Source: an uncultured bacterium (GTDB lineage: Bacteria > CSSED10-310 > CAZUFC01). From it: 42,515 nucleotides of DNA. Where the stretch lies: assembly GCA_964619725.1 (NCBI GenBank), contig CAZUFC010000040.1, positions 1-42,515 of the forward strand. The letters run 5' to 3'. The notes beneath the pieces are model-generated. The model was not told the DNA's origin. It ran no database searches and saw only the letters and a program-made list of their open reading frames with translations. This document shows, piece by piece, positions 19,683 through 28,482 of the stretch; positions within the stretch are counted from its first letter, which is position 1; every line of letters starts with the position of its first letter. Position numbers and translations under genes: made by a program.

Positions 19683-20303
19683 TTAAGGGGACGGTTCTTC
19701 TGTAATCCTGCCTTCGCAATCAAATCTTACAATGTCGCCCTTGTTGAAGCATCTTTCGCCGATAGAAATGTCTTCGGCCAGTTTACATCTTTTAAGTCTC
19801 CCGTTTTCATGAAAACGCACCCTCGCCGATCCCCAAATACCTCTGAACGCCTCGGTCCAGAAACTCGCCGCACGGCAGGGCCATCCCTGTATTTCCTGAT
19901 CACGGGCCGGCCAGATCAAAGCGAGTTGCCCATTCATATAAAAACCCGTGTGCCAGTCATGCCCTCCTCCCCTGCAGAATATTCCCTGAACTTCCATATC
20001 TTGCGGCAGAAAACAATAGACGGTGTCGTTCGATCGAAAATGAAAAATTGATCCTTCCGGCAAAAAGGACAAAACATCATCATCGGCCGTTTCGTCTGTC
20101 CGGCTTTGATTCTGGGGGCCTGTCGCCGGTCTTTCGTTCCCAGCCTGACGGGCAAGAGCAAATTCGCCCCGGAAAATAAAAAGTACGATCATCCATACGG
20201 CGACGCCTGTTCTTATTTTCTTAAAAATTGCGAATTTGCAATTTATCGAACCGCCTGCCAGAAAAGATGCTGAACGAATTATAGAACTCCGTCTCAATGT
20301 CAA
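19683..20303 (-). CDS. Hypothetical exported protein with repeated F(Y/H)xNG.L motifs; start uncertain
   Basis: Hydrophobic N-terminal segment; FYMNGQL, FHENGRLKRCKLAED, FDCEGRI. Confidence 0.55.
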   Translation of the reverse strand: MTLRRSSIIRSASFLAGGSINCKFAIFKKIRTGVAVWMIVLFIFRGEFALARQAGNERPATGPQNQSRTDETADDDVLSFLPEGSIFHFRSNDTVYCFLPQDMEVQGIFCRGGGHDWHTGFYMNGQLALIWPARDQEIQGWPCRAASFWTEAFRGIWGSARVRFHENGRLKRCKLAEDISIGERCFNKGDIVRFDCEGRITEEPSP

Positions 20304-20371
20304 TCTCCATGTGAGAAATAAAAATTCCGGCTACTTAAAAAATCTCTACCATTCGTTCCCACGGCTGTTGA

Positions 20372-20908
20372 TCACTCATCATTCCACTCTACAGGAGTCG
20401 TGATGTTATTCTTCCAGTCGTATCGAGTAATTCCGTAACCTACGGAATCATAATAAATTCCTGATTCAGAAGGCCAGGACTTTCTATGGTGCGCTTCTTT
20501 GACGTAACCGCATTTCCGAAAAACTCGCCTCATCGCCCTGTTATCCCGGCGAGTATATCCTTCAATTCTTATTTTATCAGGCATGGTTTCAAAAACGAAA
20601 TCCGTCAGCCATCGCAACGCTTCGGCGCCTATGCCCCTACCCCTGTGAGAAGTTTTAATGCGCAGATCGAACATGGGAGTCGGGTCTGACAAATCGAACA
20701 GACGTATCAGTCCTATTCGCCGTTCGGTTTCATTCATTATCCAGAAGGATCGCACCTCATTACCGTAGTATCTGCCGTTATCTGTCGCTCGCATTACTGA
20801 CGATGCCTCCGGTCGGCTGTAGACATGAAAAGGCTACGAATCGGATGTAAGCCATTCGACCAGAATATCCCTGTCGTCAGGTTTTACCTCAAAGAATCGT
20901 GAAATCAT
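20372..20908 (-). pseudogene. RimJ/RimL-like GNAT acetyltransferase with an in-frame TAG at codon 25
   Basis: AGGAGG RBS then ATG at 20908 gives MISRFFEVKPDDRDILVEWLTSDS*PFHVY..., in frame with ORF 20372..20794 (HRGRGIG, DNRAMRRVFRKCGY). Confidence 0.75.
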
Positions 20909-21202
20909 GATGCCTCCTGGTTGTTATAATATTATAAATTAAAACCGAACGGCAAATTTCGTTAATGTTCCCGTCAAAAAAATTTGGTTTTGATCAAGGA
21001 GGGCTCACAATTTTTGCGTGTTTTTCCTGCCTTATCCCTGATATTCCGTGTTGCAAGGGTTGCGGAATCTTTGGCATTGTTTAAAAAATAGGGGTATTTT
21101 ATCAGCTCCGTAACTTTTTATCGCGAACTTGCGAGAAACGATCTCCGGTGACGTATAATAACCGGCAGAAGGATACGGAATTTTTTTATGCGGGAGGTAA
21201 GC

Positions 21203-22771
21203 ATGAAACAATTAACATTAATCGCAACATTGTTTCTGACAGGGATCATTTTTACTGAAATGACTCAGGCAGCAGTCATAAGGATACCCGATGATGCGCC
21301 GGACATTCAAGCGGCAGTGAATGACGCTTCTGACGGAGACACATTGATTGCCGCTCCCGGAACCTATACCGGCAGCGGAAACAGAAACATTGATTTTACA
21401 GGAAAGGCCATTACGCTGTTATCAGAAAGTGGAGCGGAAGATTGCGTTATCGATTGCGAGCATTTGGGCAGAGGATTTTATTTTCATAGCGGCGAGGATT
21501 ACAGTTCCATCCTGGCCGGTTTCACCATCCGTAACGGAAATGCTCCAAGCGGCGGAGGAATATACTGCCAGGTCGAATCATCTCCCCTGATAACCGACTG
21601 TACCATCATAGGGAACACAGCGGAATTATTCGGCGGAGGAATATTCTGTAATTATTATTGTTCGCCTCTCATCACTAATTGCTGCATAATTTTTAATTCA
21701 GCGACGCATACGGACAACGGCAAGGGCGGAGGAATTCATTGCTCTTACAACTGCTCGCCCTACATTACGAATTCCATCGTTTCGTGGAATTTTGCATACA
21801 ACGGCGGGGGGATTTATTCCGTTTATTCCAGTCCCAAAATGTTCAATTGCCTTATATCGGAGAATTATTCGATCGAAGGAGCTGGATTTTACTCCCGACA
21901 GGAAGACGCACCAATGATAGCGAATTGTACGTTTTTCTGGAATACGGCAGTCTGGCTCGGCGGAGGAATAAGCATCAAAGACGACTCGACTCCTTACATC
22001 CTCAATTCAATTGTATACGGAAACAGTCCTTCTGAGATTTATTTTCCTACCGGCGATCCAGTCGTTGAGTTTTCAGATGTCGGCGGAGGGTTCTCAGGAA
22101 CCGGGAATATCGACGGGAATCCTTTGTTCGTAACGGGACCGGAAGGATATTATTATCTTTCTCAGGAAGAAGCGGGACAGCAAACGGATAGCCCATGTAT
22201 CGATGCAGGCGGTGATGCTGCTGAAAACGTCTGTTTCGACACGGCTTATTGGTTCGTGGATCAATCCTCTGTCGTGCGGGAAGTGATGTGCATGAGCGAT
22301 ACGACCAGCCGTACTGACGAAATAGAAGACCAGGGAACGGTAGATATGGGTTATCATTATCCTCTTTTCGATTCCACGGGCCATCCCTCGCCGACCCCCG
22401 ACGCAGGAAACCTGGGAGCGAGATTGGAGATGCCGGCATACTACTTTTCGTCCGGCGACGTCTGCTGGTTGAAAGTTCATCTTACTAATCCCGAAGGTCC
22501 GATGGATAACATTCCCTTATTCGTCCTGCTTCAAATAGCTGACGAATTCTGGTTCTGGGACTCCTGGACTCATGAAGTCGATTACAACAGGGTGAATCTG
22601 CCCTCAGGAAATACAACGATAAATATATTAGACTACTTCACGTGGCCGGATACCGGGAGCCTGGAAATGGACAATATCACATTCCTGGCGGGCATGACCG
22701 ACGCCTCTATGTCCGGCATTCTCGGAGGAACGGACGGAATCGGCGAATGGAATTTCGGATTCGGACTTTGA
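21203..22771 (+). CDS. Secreted right-handed beta-helix protein (Pmp-like GGGI repeats) with an unnamed C-terminal domain
   Basis: GGAGGT RBS; signal peptide; IQAAVNDASDGDTL; repeated N.A..GGGI.C; GNIDGNPLFV; SPCIDAG. Confidence 0.85.
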   Translation: MKQLTLIATLFLTGIIFTEMTQAAVIRIPDDAPDIQAAVNDASDGDTLIAAPGTYTGSGNRNIDFTGKAITLLSESGAEDCVIDCEHLGRGFYFHSGEDYSSILAGFTIRNGNAPSGGGIYCQVESSPLITDCTIIGNTAELFGGGIFCNYYCSPLITNCCIIFNSATHTDNGKGGGIHCSYNCSPYITNSIVSWNFAYNGGGIYSVYSSPKMFNCLISENYSIEGAGFYSRQEDAPMIANCTFFWNTAVWLGGGISIKDDSTPYILNSIVYGNSPSEIYFPTGDPVVEFSDVGGGFSGTGNIDGNPLFVTGPEGYYYLSQEEAGQQTDSPCIDAGGDAAENVCFDTAYWFVDQSSVVREVMCMSDTTSRTDEIEDQGTVDMGYHYPLFDSTGHPSPTPDAGNLGARLEMPAYYFSSGDVCWLKVHLTNPEGPMDNIPLFVLLQIADEFWFWDSWTHEVDYNRVNLPSGNTTINILDYFTWPDTGSLEMDNITFLAGMTDASMSGILGGTDGIGEWNFGFGL

Positions 22772-22784
22772 TATGTTGCAAGAA

Positions 22785-22821
22785 CCGGAATGGGCATGAC
22801 GGCTCATCATGTCCATTCCGG
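22785..22821. terminator. Long hairpin between convergent genes
   Basis: CCGGAATGGGCATGA / TCATGTCCATTCCGG, 15-bp stem with one G-U pair; no clear U-tract. Confidence 0.65.
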
Positions 22822-22833
22822 CCTGTATATCAT

Positions 22834-25437
22834 TTAAAATGAATCCGTTATTTCCACGGTATTGGAAAGGGTCATTCCGCGGTTATTTCCTGTAATTTTT
22901 TCTTCGCCGTCCTGGCTGATCACATCGGTAATCACGGCGAAAACGCGGTATTCATTGGACGGAAGGCCGGCGTCTGTTTCCCAGTTCACAACGACTTCCG
23001 TATAGTCAGGATAGGGACCGACGGACGCAACGGTTTCGCCTATTTTTACCCAGGCGTCTCCGTGGAATCCGGTGTGATGATGAGCATCGTCAGTGCGATC
23101 GTCCGGGGTTGCATCATAATAAAATTCGACGGTGGCCTCATCCACCCCGGTATCGCCGATATTGCGAAGGACTGCGTTGATCTGGACGGTCTGACCGGGA
23201 GAGGCCGGTTCAGGATCGAAAGTAATTTCCGGTCCATCGATGAGCAGATCGGGTTGGACGGACCTGAGCCTGTCTCCGGCAATAACGGTGCAGCCTTCTG
23301 TAACCGTTCCCAGATTTTCGATCATATCTCTCAAGGCGAGCCATTCTTCAATGCCGGTATCCTGTGGCATATTGAAAACCGGTTCCGTATCCGACGTTTC
23401 AGGATCGCCGTCGATGTCTCGCTGGAAAAGATAATTCAAATATCCGAAAGCCTGGTCCACGATTGAACTGTTCATTCCCAGACGGTAATCCATTTCAGGA
23501 TCGAAAACTTCACCCGTGATCATGAGGTTTGCCGGGTCTATCCTGTCAAGGGGAACGGCTTCCCAATCCACCACTGCCGTCAGACCGCCCCATTGCGGGT
23601 AACCTACTATTTCTCCGCCGAACAGAGTCTGCACGATATCCATATCATCTATTCCCAGGATTATTTCCAGGACCAGTTCTGTTCGCGACATCATGAAAAA
23701 ATCGAACGGCGGTTCGAAGAAGGCTGAACGAACGTATATTTCTCCGCCGGGTATATCCAGATACATGATTGAATTTCTTTCCGTACCCGTATGATCGGTC
23801 CTGTGCAATGAAAGAATATTGAACACATCGGCTTCCGTTACAGGACCGGCGAAAAGGTCGTTTCTTATCTGATCTTCAATGTAAAAACACATGTCCAGCG
23901 GCGTTCCCGTCTGAGCTGATGCTTCCATGAAGGAATCCGTAATCAGGTTTCCCAGCCCGGATTCGGCGTTAACCTGTGCCGGCATAAGGAATTCGCAATC
24001 GCCCAGGACCGTTTCAAAAGGCGAGCCGAAAATCGCATCCACGCCGGCTTTCGCTTCCGATACCAGGGCGGCAATATCAGCATCTTCTTCAACTGTGTCG
24101 TCCACCTGAATCAGATAAGAATCATTGAGCATCACCGAATCCGCAGACGGGTCGACTTCAATTTCGACAGCGCCCACAAACTGTCCGTAACTGTGCGCCT
24201 GCACGACATAAGTGTTGGGATTCCCCATGGTTCCTGCGTTCGGGACCTCCTCGGCATGGTTTAACTGAGTATGCGAATGAGCGCTTACGATAATGTCGAG
24301 AGGTCTTCCCGATTCGATGCCGACTGCAGTCGCCGCTAATTCGAGATCAGGTTCGTATCCCATGTGCGATATCGCGATGATTGCATCAGCTCCCTGGTTG
24401 TGCAAATGATCGATCTCCTCTCCCAAATATTCATAAGCATCCAGAAAATCCAACCCCTCTTCACTGCAGGAACTCGCATAAACCGACGATGTAGTCGCCA
24501 ATCCCACGACGCCGGCCTGTATGCACCCTTTCGTAAATATCCGGCTCCGATCAAAAACGCTGTCGAAATAATCGATTATCTCAGGAGTAACCCATTCCGC
24601 AGATAAATCCTCTGAATCGACGTTACCCCAGAAAAAGCGTAAATTATCCGCTTCCGGAGGACCGCCCGGAAGCTTCGGAGGGAAGGCTGCAGATATGGAA
24701 TCCCATAACGGCTGCACTCCAAAAAGAAAATCGTGATTGCCGATCTGGATCGCCTCATATTCCATCATATCCATGATCTCCAACTGGCTTTTCCATTGAT
24801 CATATTCAAAAAACAGCGTCCCTTCGCCCACATCTCCGCTGTCCAGAACGATCGTCTCTATGCCGAGAGATTGATTCGTCATCCTTCGATCGCTGATAAT
24901 GCTCGCTGCCCGGGCTATACCTCCCATACTCCCCTGGTTGAACGGCAGCAGATAAGAATGTATGTCGTTCGTATACAGGATATCCAGAACCGTCGTTCGG
25001 GACTCTTCATTGGAATATAATTCGATCACCGAGAAATCATAACAGTCTTCATTGTATAATTCTGTCGCCTCTTCGTTCAGAAAAGCCGCATGAAAGACCA
25101 CATCCATTCCGTATAATTCAAAATTAAAATTCACCCTCAATAATTCCACCGTCGCTTCAAATTCCGCCGGTAAAGGAACTTCAATCAATTCCAGCTCCTC
25201 TCCGAACTCAGGATAAAAAAAGTACATCCCGTACGCCTCCAACATGGCCGCGAAATTCACTTTCGCCGGTCCGCCGGAATTTATGACGCGCAAATTCATT
25301 ATCAACGTGTCGCCTTCCACGAAACACTGCGCATTGGGATGCAACTCCAGTTCAGGGCCTTCCGCTTGTAGACTTCCTCCAATCAAACTGCATACCGCTG
25401 CCGAAAATATCGCCGTATAAATCATTAAACGTTTCAT
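22834..25437 (-). CDS. Secreted 5'-nucleotidase/UshA-type metallophosphoesterase with an extra N-terminal domain and a C-terminal CARDB-like domain
   Basis: AGGAGG RBS; signal peptide; TNDIH, DSGD, GNHDF, SHMG, AHSH; ESGLGNLITDS; PDLLI...PGQTVQINAVLRNIG. Confidence 0.88.
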   Translation of the reverse strand: MKRLMIYTAIFSAAVCSLIGGSLQAEGPELELHPNAQCFVEGDTLIMNLRVINSGGPAKVNFAAMLEAYGMYFFYPEFGEELELIEVPLPAEFEATVELLRVNFNFELYGMDVVFHAAFLNEEATELYNEDCYDFSVIELYSNEESRTTVLDILYTNDIHSYLLPFNQGSMGGIARAASIISDRRMTNQSLGIETIVLDSGDVGEGTLFFEYDQWKSQLEIMDMMEYEAIQIGNHDFLFGVQPLWDSISAAFPPKLPGGPPEADNLRFFWGNVDSEDLSAEWVTPEIIDYFDSVFDRSRIFTKGCIQAGVVGLATTSSVYASSCSEEGLDFLDAYEYLGEEIDHLHNQGADAIIAISHMGYEPDLELAATAVGIESGRPLDIIVSAHSHTQLNHAEEVPNAGTMGNPNTYVVQAHSYGQFVGAVEIEVDPSADSVMLNDSYLIQVDDTVEEDADIAALVSEAKAGVDAIFGSPFETVLGDCEFLMPAQVNAESGLGNLITDSFMEASAQTGTPLDMCFYIEDQIRNDLFAGPVTEADVFNILSLHRTDHTGTERNSIMYLDIPGGEIYVRSAFFEPPFDFFMMSRTELVLEIILGIDDMDIVQTLFGGEIVGYPQWGGLTAVVDWEAVPLDRIDPANLMITGEVFDPEMDYRLGMNSSIVDQAFGYLNYLFQRDIDGDPETSDTEPVFNMPQDTGIEEWLALRDMIENLGTVTEGCTVIAGDRLRSVQPDLLIDGPEITFDPEPASPGQTVQINAVLRNIGDTGVDEATVEFYYDATPDDRTDDAHHHTGFHGDAWVKIGETVASVGPYPDYTEVVVNWETDAGLPSNEYRVFAVITDVISQDGEEKITGNNRGMTLSNTVEITDSF

Positions 25438-25538
25438 TCTCTAGCCTCCTTCTGCTATTGCCTTCGTTGAAACATCACCGAACAGCTCCTTCAGCGCCTT
25501 TATCGAATGGTCGAAAAAACAACTGGCATTTCATTCGA

Positions 25539-25567
25539 ATAGTATTCAAAATACATTTTTTTTTCAA
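25539..25567 (-). promoter_or_regulatory. Sigma70-like promoter TTGAAA-N17-TACTAT
   Basis: Upstream of the nucleotidase gene; 17-nt spacer. Confidence 0.5.
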
Positions 25568-25705
25568 TAAAATTATTGGACTCGTCCCCGACGCTTCTAA
25601 ATTCGGTTTCCGACGGGCGAATGTCACGCATTTTCCTGGGTAAAGTTATCGAAACAACGGGCAGCCCCAACAGTCATCTTTTCTGACCGTTTCCCAGAAT
25701 TCGGG

Positions 25706-27058
25706 TTAATCCCTGAGCTTTGCACGTATGATCAAAAACCCGAATAGAAGAATAAGCAGAACCGCTCCTGTAATATTCATTGCAGGAATGTCAGCCGGAG
25801 GTGGCGTCGGAGTTTCGGATGGAGATGGAGTAATGCCGGTGGGCGCTGTCGTAGGAGTCAGCGACGGGGTAAGCGTAGGCGTGAAAGTCGGCAACGGTCC
25901 GCCGGTATTAGTGGGAGTCAGTGTGGGTGTGAAAGTCGGAAGAGGTCCGCCGGTATTGGTTGCTGTCAAAGTCGGGGTGAAAGTCGGAAAAGGGCCTCCC
26001 GTGTTTGTGGGGGAAAGGGTCGGAGTAAAAGTTGGAAAAGGTCCGCCGGTATCGGTTGAAGTCGGTGTAGCCGTATTTGTGGCCGGTGTTCCCGATGGCG
26101 TGCCGCTGGGTGAAGAAGCCGTCGGTGTAGCGGTCCAGGTTGACGGACTCGCTGTGGGCGTCCCGGTCGGTGCAGTACCCGTAGGGGTGCCGGTGGGCGG
26201 TGTGCCCGTGGGCGTACCTGTCGGCGGCGTGCCCGTGGGCGTGCCTGTCGGCGGCGTTCCCGTGGGCGTTCCAGTCGGAGCAGTTCCCGTGGGTGTGCCC
26301 GTGGGTGGTGTACCAGTGGGCGTACCTGTCGGCGGCGTTCCCGTGGGCGTTCCGGTCGGAGCAGTTCCCGTGGGCGTCCCTGTCGGAGCAGTTCCCGTGG
26401 GCGTTCCTGTGGGTGCAGTGGCTGTCGGAGTGCCGCTGGGCGCCGTTCCTGTGGGCGTAGCGGTTGCGGACGGCCCTGTGGGCGTCGACGTAGCGCTGGG
26501 CGGAGTTGAAGTAGGCGTGGAAGTGGACGAGGGCGGCGTATTTGTGGGGGTATTGGTCGGCTGATTGCATGATTCTCCGTAAAAATATATGAATCCGCCG
26601 TCCCAGAAACTCTTGTCACGCGCCACGCTGTAACTCGTGCCGCAACCCCAGCAATTCTGTTCGTCCGTATATACCGTATTGCCTGATATGCCGACCACGA
26701 CCCCTAAATGTCCGTAACCGTATCCGGACCAGTTGTTGACTCCGATCGCCCCGATCTTGGGTTCAGGACAGACCGGCCAGCCGTTCGACACGGCATATTC
26801 ATCCCACGTATTCGCATTAGTGCACCAGGGAAGATACTCTCCTGCATCGCAACGCCTGTTCCACGCATACCACACGCAATTGCCTCCATTCTCGCAACCG
26901 GGTCCGTCACAGCAATAACAGTAATTGCAGCCGCCGCATGAACAGCTTTTGCCTATTCCTCCGCACACATCAACGCCATAACCGTCTCCGTATACAGGAA
27001 AATTCGCAAATATGAAAAAAATCATTATCACCGAAATTTTAAGGTTCAAGAATCTCAT
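25706..27058 (-). CDS. CHAP-domain protein with a Cys-rich N-terminus, Pro/Thr/Gly stalk and IPTL-CTERM-like anchor
   Basis: GNCVWYAW, NANTW, YGHLGVV, EQN; C-terminal IPAMNITGAVLLILLFGFLIIRAKLRD. ATG 27058 preferred over TTG 27076 because of an upstream GAGGGGG. Confidence 0.88.
   Translation of the reverse strand: MRFLNLKISVIMIFFIFANFPVYGDGYGVDVCGGIGKSCSCGGCNYCYCCDGPGCENGGNCVWYAWNRRCDAGEYLPWCTNANTWDEYAVSNGWPVCPEPKIGAIGVNNWSGYGYGHLGVVVGISGNTVYTDEQNCWGCGTSYSVARDKSFWDGGFIYFYGESCNQPTNTPTNTPPSSTSTPTSTPPSATSTPTGPSATATPTGTAPSGTPTATAPTGTPTGTAPTGTPTGTAPTGTPTGTPPTGTPTGTPPTGTPTGTAPTGTPTGTPPTGTPTGTPPTGTPTGTPPTGTPTGTAPTGTPTASPSTWTATPTASSPSGTPSGTPATNTATPTSTDTGGPFPTFTPTLSPTNTGGPFPTFTPTLTATNTGGPLPTFTPTLTPTNTGGPLPTFTPTLTPSLTPTTAPTGITPSPSETPTPPPADIPAMNITGAVLLILLFGFLIIRAKLRD
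25870..26460 (-). repeat. Coding tandem repeats: ~10 x TGT(A/P)PTGTP (27 nt) and 4 x TNTGGP(F/L)PTFTPTLxx (48 nt)
   Basis: Directly visible in the translation and the DNA. Confidence 0.9.
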
Positions 27059-27228
27059 GCGATAATGCCCCCTCAAAATAACCCGTCCTCCTCAGGCCTG
27101 TGTTACCCCAGAAATTTCCAAGCGGCGAAGCGTCCGGTCAGACATTCCTGAAAATAACGCGCTCTTCGGTAAAAACTTCCCAATTCCTTTAATAATACTT
27201 CTGATCCCTGTTGTCAAAATTACAGAAA

Positions 27229-28152
27229 TCAACAACTCCCTAAAAGCCCCGACCCATTGTCGAAAGGTAAGTTCTTCTGACTGGATACCTCGATTAGAGC
27301 ATCCACTTCGTCAGTCAATTCCTCTACAGATGTTTTAACCTGGGTCAGACGCGTTTCTCCGGTATCGCCTCCCATCGACTCCAATTTCAATATTTCCAGA
27401 TGAGCGTTCTTCATTGCCAGTAAGATATAGGTAATGTTGTCTTTTAATCCGTTCAGGGCTTTTTTGATGTTTTCGATGTTTCGCTTTTGGGATTCCAGCA
27501 TCTGTAAAGTATTTTTAACCGATTGATTCGCTTCGCTTTCACCTTTTAATTTGTCGCGGGCGCGCGTTATTTCCTGTTCCAACTGATCCTCATCATACCT
27601 CGCCAACTCGCTGTTGATTCTGCACGACCGAACCGCCAGCATCTCAACGTTTTTTCTCAAAATATCTATTTTTTCCCGGGTGTTTCTTAAAAATTCCCGT
27701 TGATCTTCAGGCAGTTTGTCCAGCGCTTTTTTTATCGCTGCAGCAATATCCTCAGATTCCTCTATGTATTGATCATAGGGCGATGGAATACGTTTATTCT
27801 TTGATGGAAAAGCAACCGGTGCGGATGCAGGACTAACGTGTTCGTCGCTTATTCTCGATTGCTTTTCAAGCCGTCTCCGAGTTTTAAAGAATATGTCGAT
27901 TGTTTTCATTGCAAAGCCTAATAAGGGAAATACCGCAAAGGGAATGCCGGGAACATACATTACGTTTATAGCGATAAAGAAAACCGATGCGGCGGCCATG
28001 CGTCCTGCTGGAAAAAGAAAACGCTCATTCAAAATGACTTCCTGGACGGGTACGGACCGCTTTCGCTTATCAAGGTTCATCTCGTTTGTTTTTTGCAGTT
28101 TGTTGCCGGCTTCCGGGTCCTTCATTTGGAAAGTCACTCCCATCATGAACAA
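27229..28152 (-). CDS. Hypothetical membrane-anchored coiled-coil protein; start uncertain
   Basis: Hydrophobic hairpin near aa 50-85 followed by long heptad-rich helices. Confidence 0.7.
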   Translation of the reverse strand: MFMMGVTFQMKDPEAGNKLQKTNEMNLDKRKRSVPVQEVILNERFLFPAGRMAAASVFFIAINVMYVPGIPFAVFPLLGFAMKTIDIFFKTRRRLEKQSRISDEHVSPASAPVAFPSKNKRIPSPYDQYIEESEDIAAAIKKALDKLPEDQREFLRNTREKIDILRKNVEMLAVRSCRINSELARYDEDQLEQEITRARDKLKGESEANQSVKNTLQMLESQKRNIENIKKALNGLKDNITYILLAMKNAHLEILKLESMGGDTGETRLTQVKTSVEELTDEVDALIEVSSQKNLPFDNGSGLLGSC

Positions 28153-28232
28153 TATAATTATCAGATAAGAAAAAAGACTGCAATAAATTCGTAACGATCC
28201 GAGAGAATTTAAAAATATTGAGGAATAATAAT

Positions 28233-28261
28233 TTGATTTTAAAAAATTTTTCGTGTATATT
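28233..28261 (+). promoter_or_regulatory. Sigma70-like promoter TTGATT-N17-TATATT
   Basis: AT-rich divergent intergenic region upstream of 28483. Confidence 0.5.
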
Positions 28262-28482
28262 TCATTTGAATCGCTCCAGAATGAGCGATCACGGGTTGGA
28301 ATCGCCGAAAAACAGATAATTTATGAACAAAAAGGATTATGCTAAAACTGTTTATTGCCTGCGGACATTCATGCATGAAGAGGATACATTATAGTTCCTA
28401 AAAGACAATTTCCCGGGGTGTTCGATGGCTACTCTTTATCAGATCGAGATATATAAACGGTTTTGATGTTCTGAAAGGAGAG

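Noticed and set aside
25870-26460. CRISPR array
   Set aside because: The repeats are contiguous, multiples of 3 nt, vary at wobble positions and have no unique spacers; no cas genes are present.
25728-26619. Long alternative-frame and antisense ORFs over the Pro/Thr repeats (also 293..679 and 19..216)
   Set aside because: Stop-free shadows of low-complexity GC-rich coding repeats.
27077-27228. c-di-AMP (ydaO) riboswitch before the CHAP gene
   Set aside because: The conserved GCTGAA and AGCGGGGG elements were not found.
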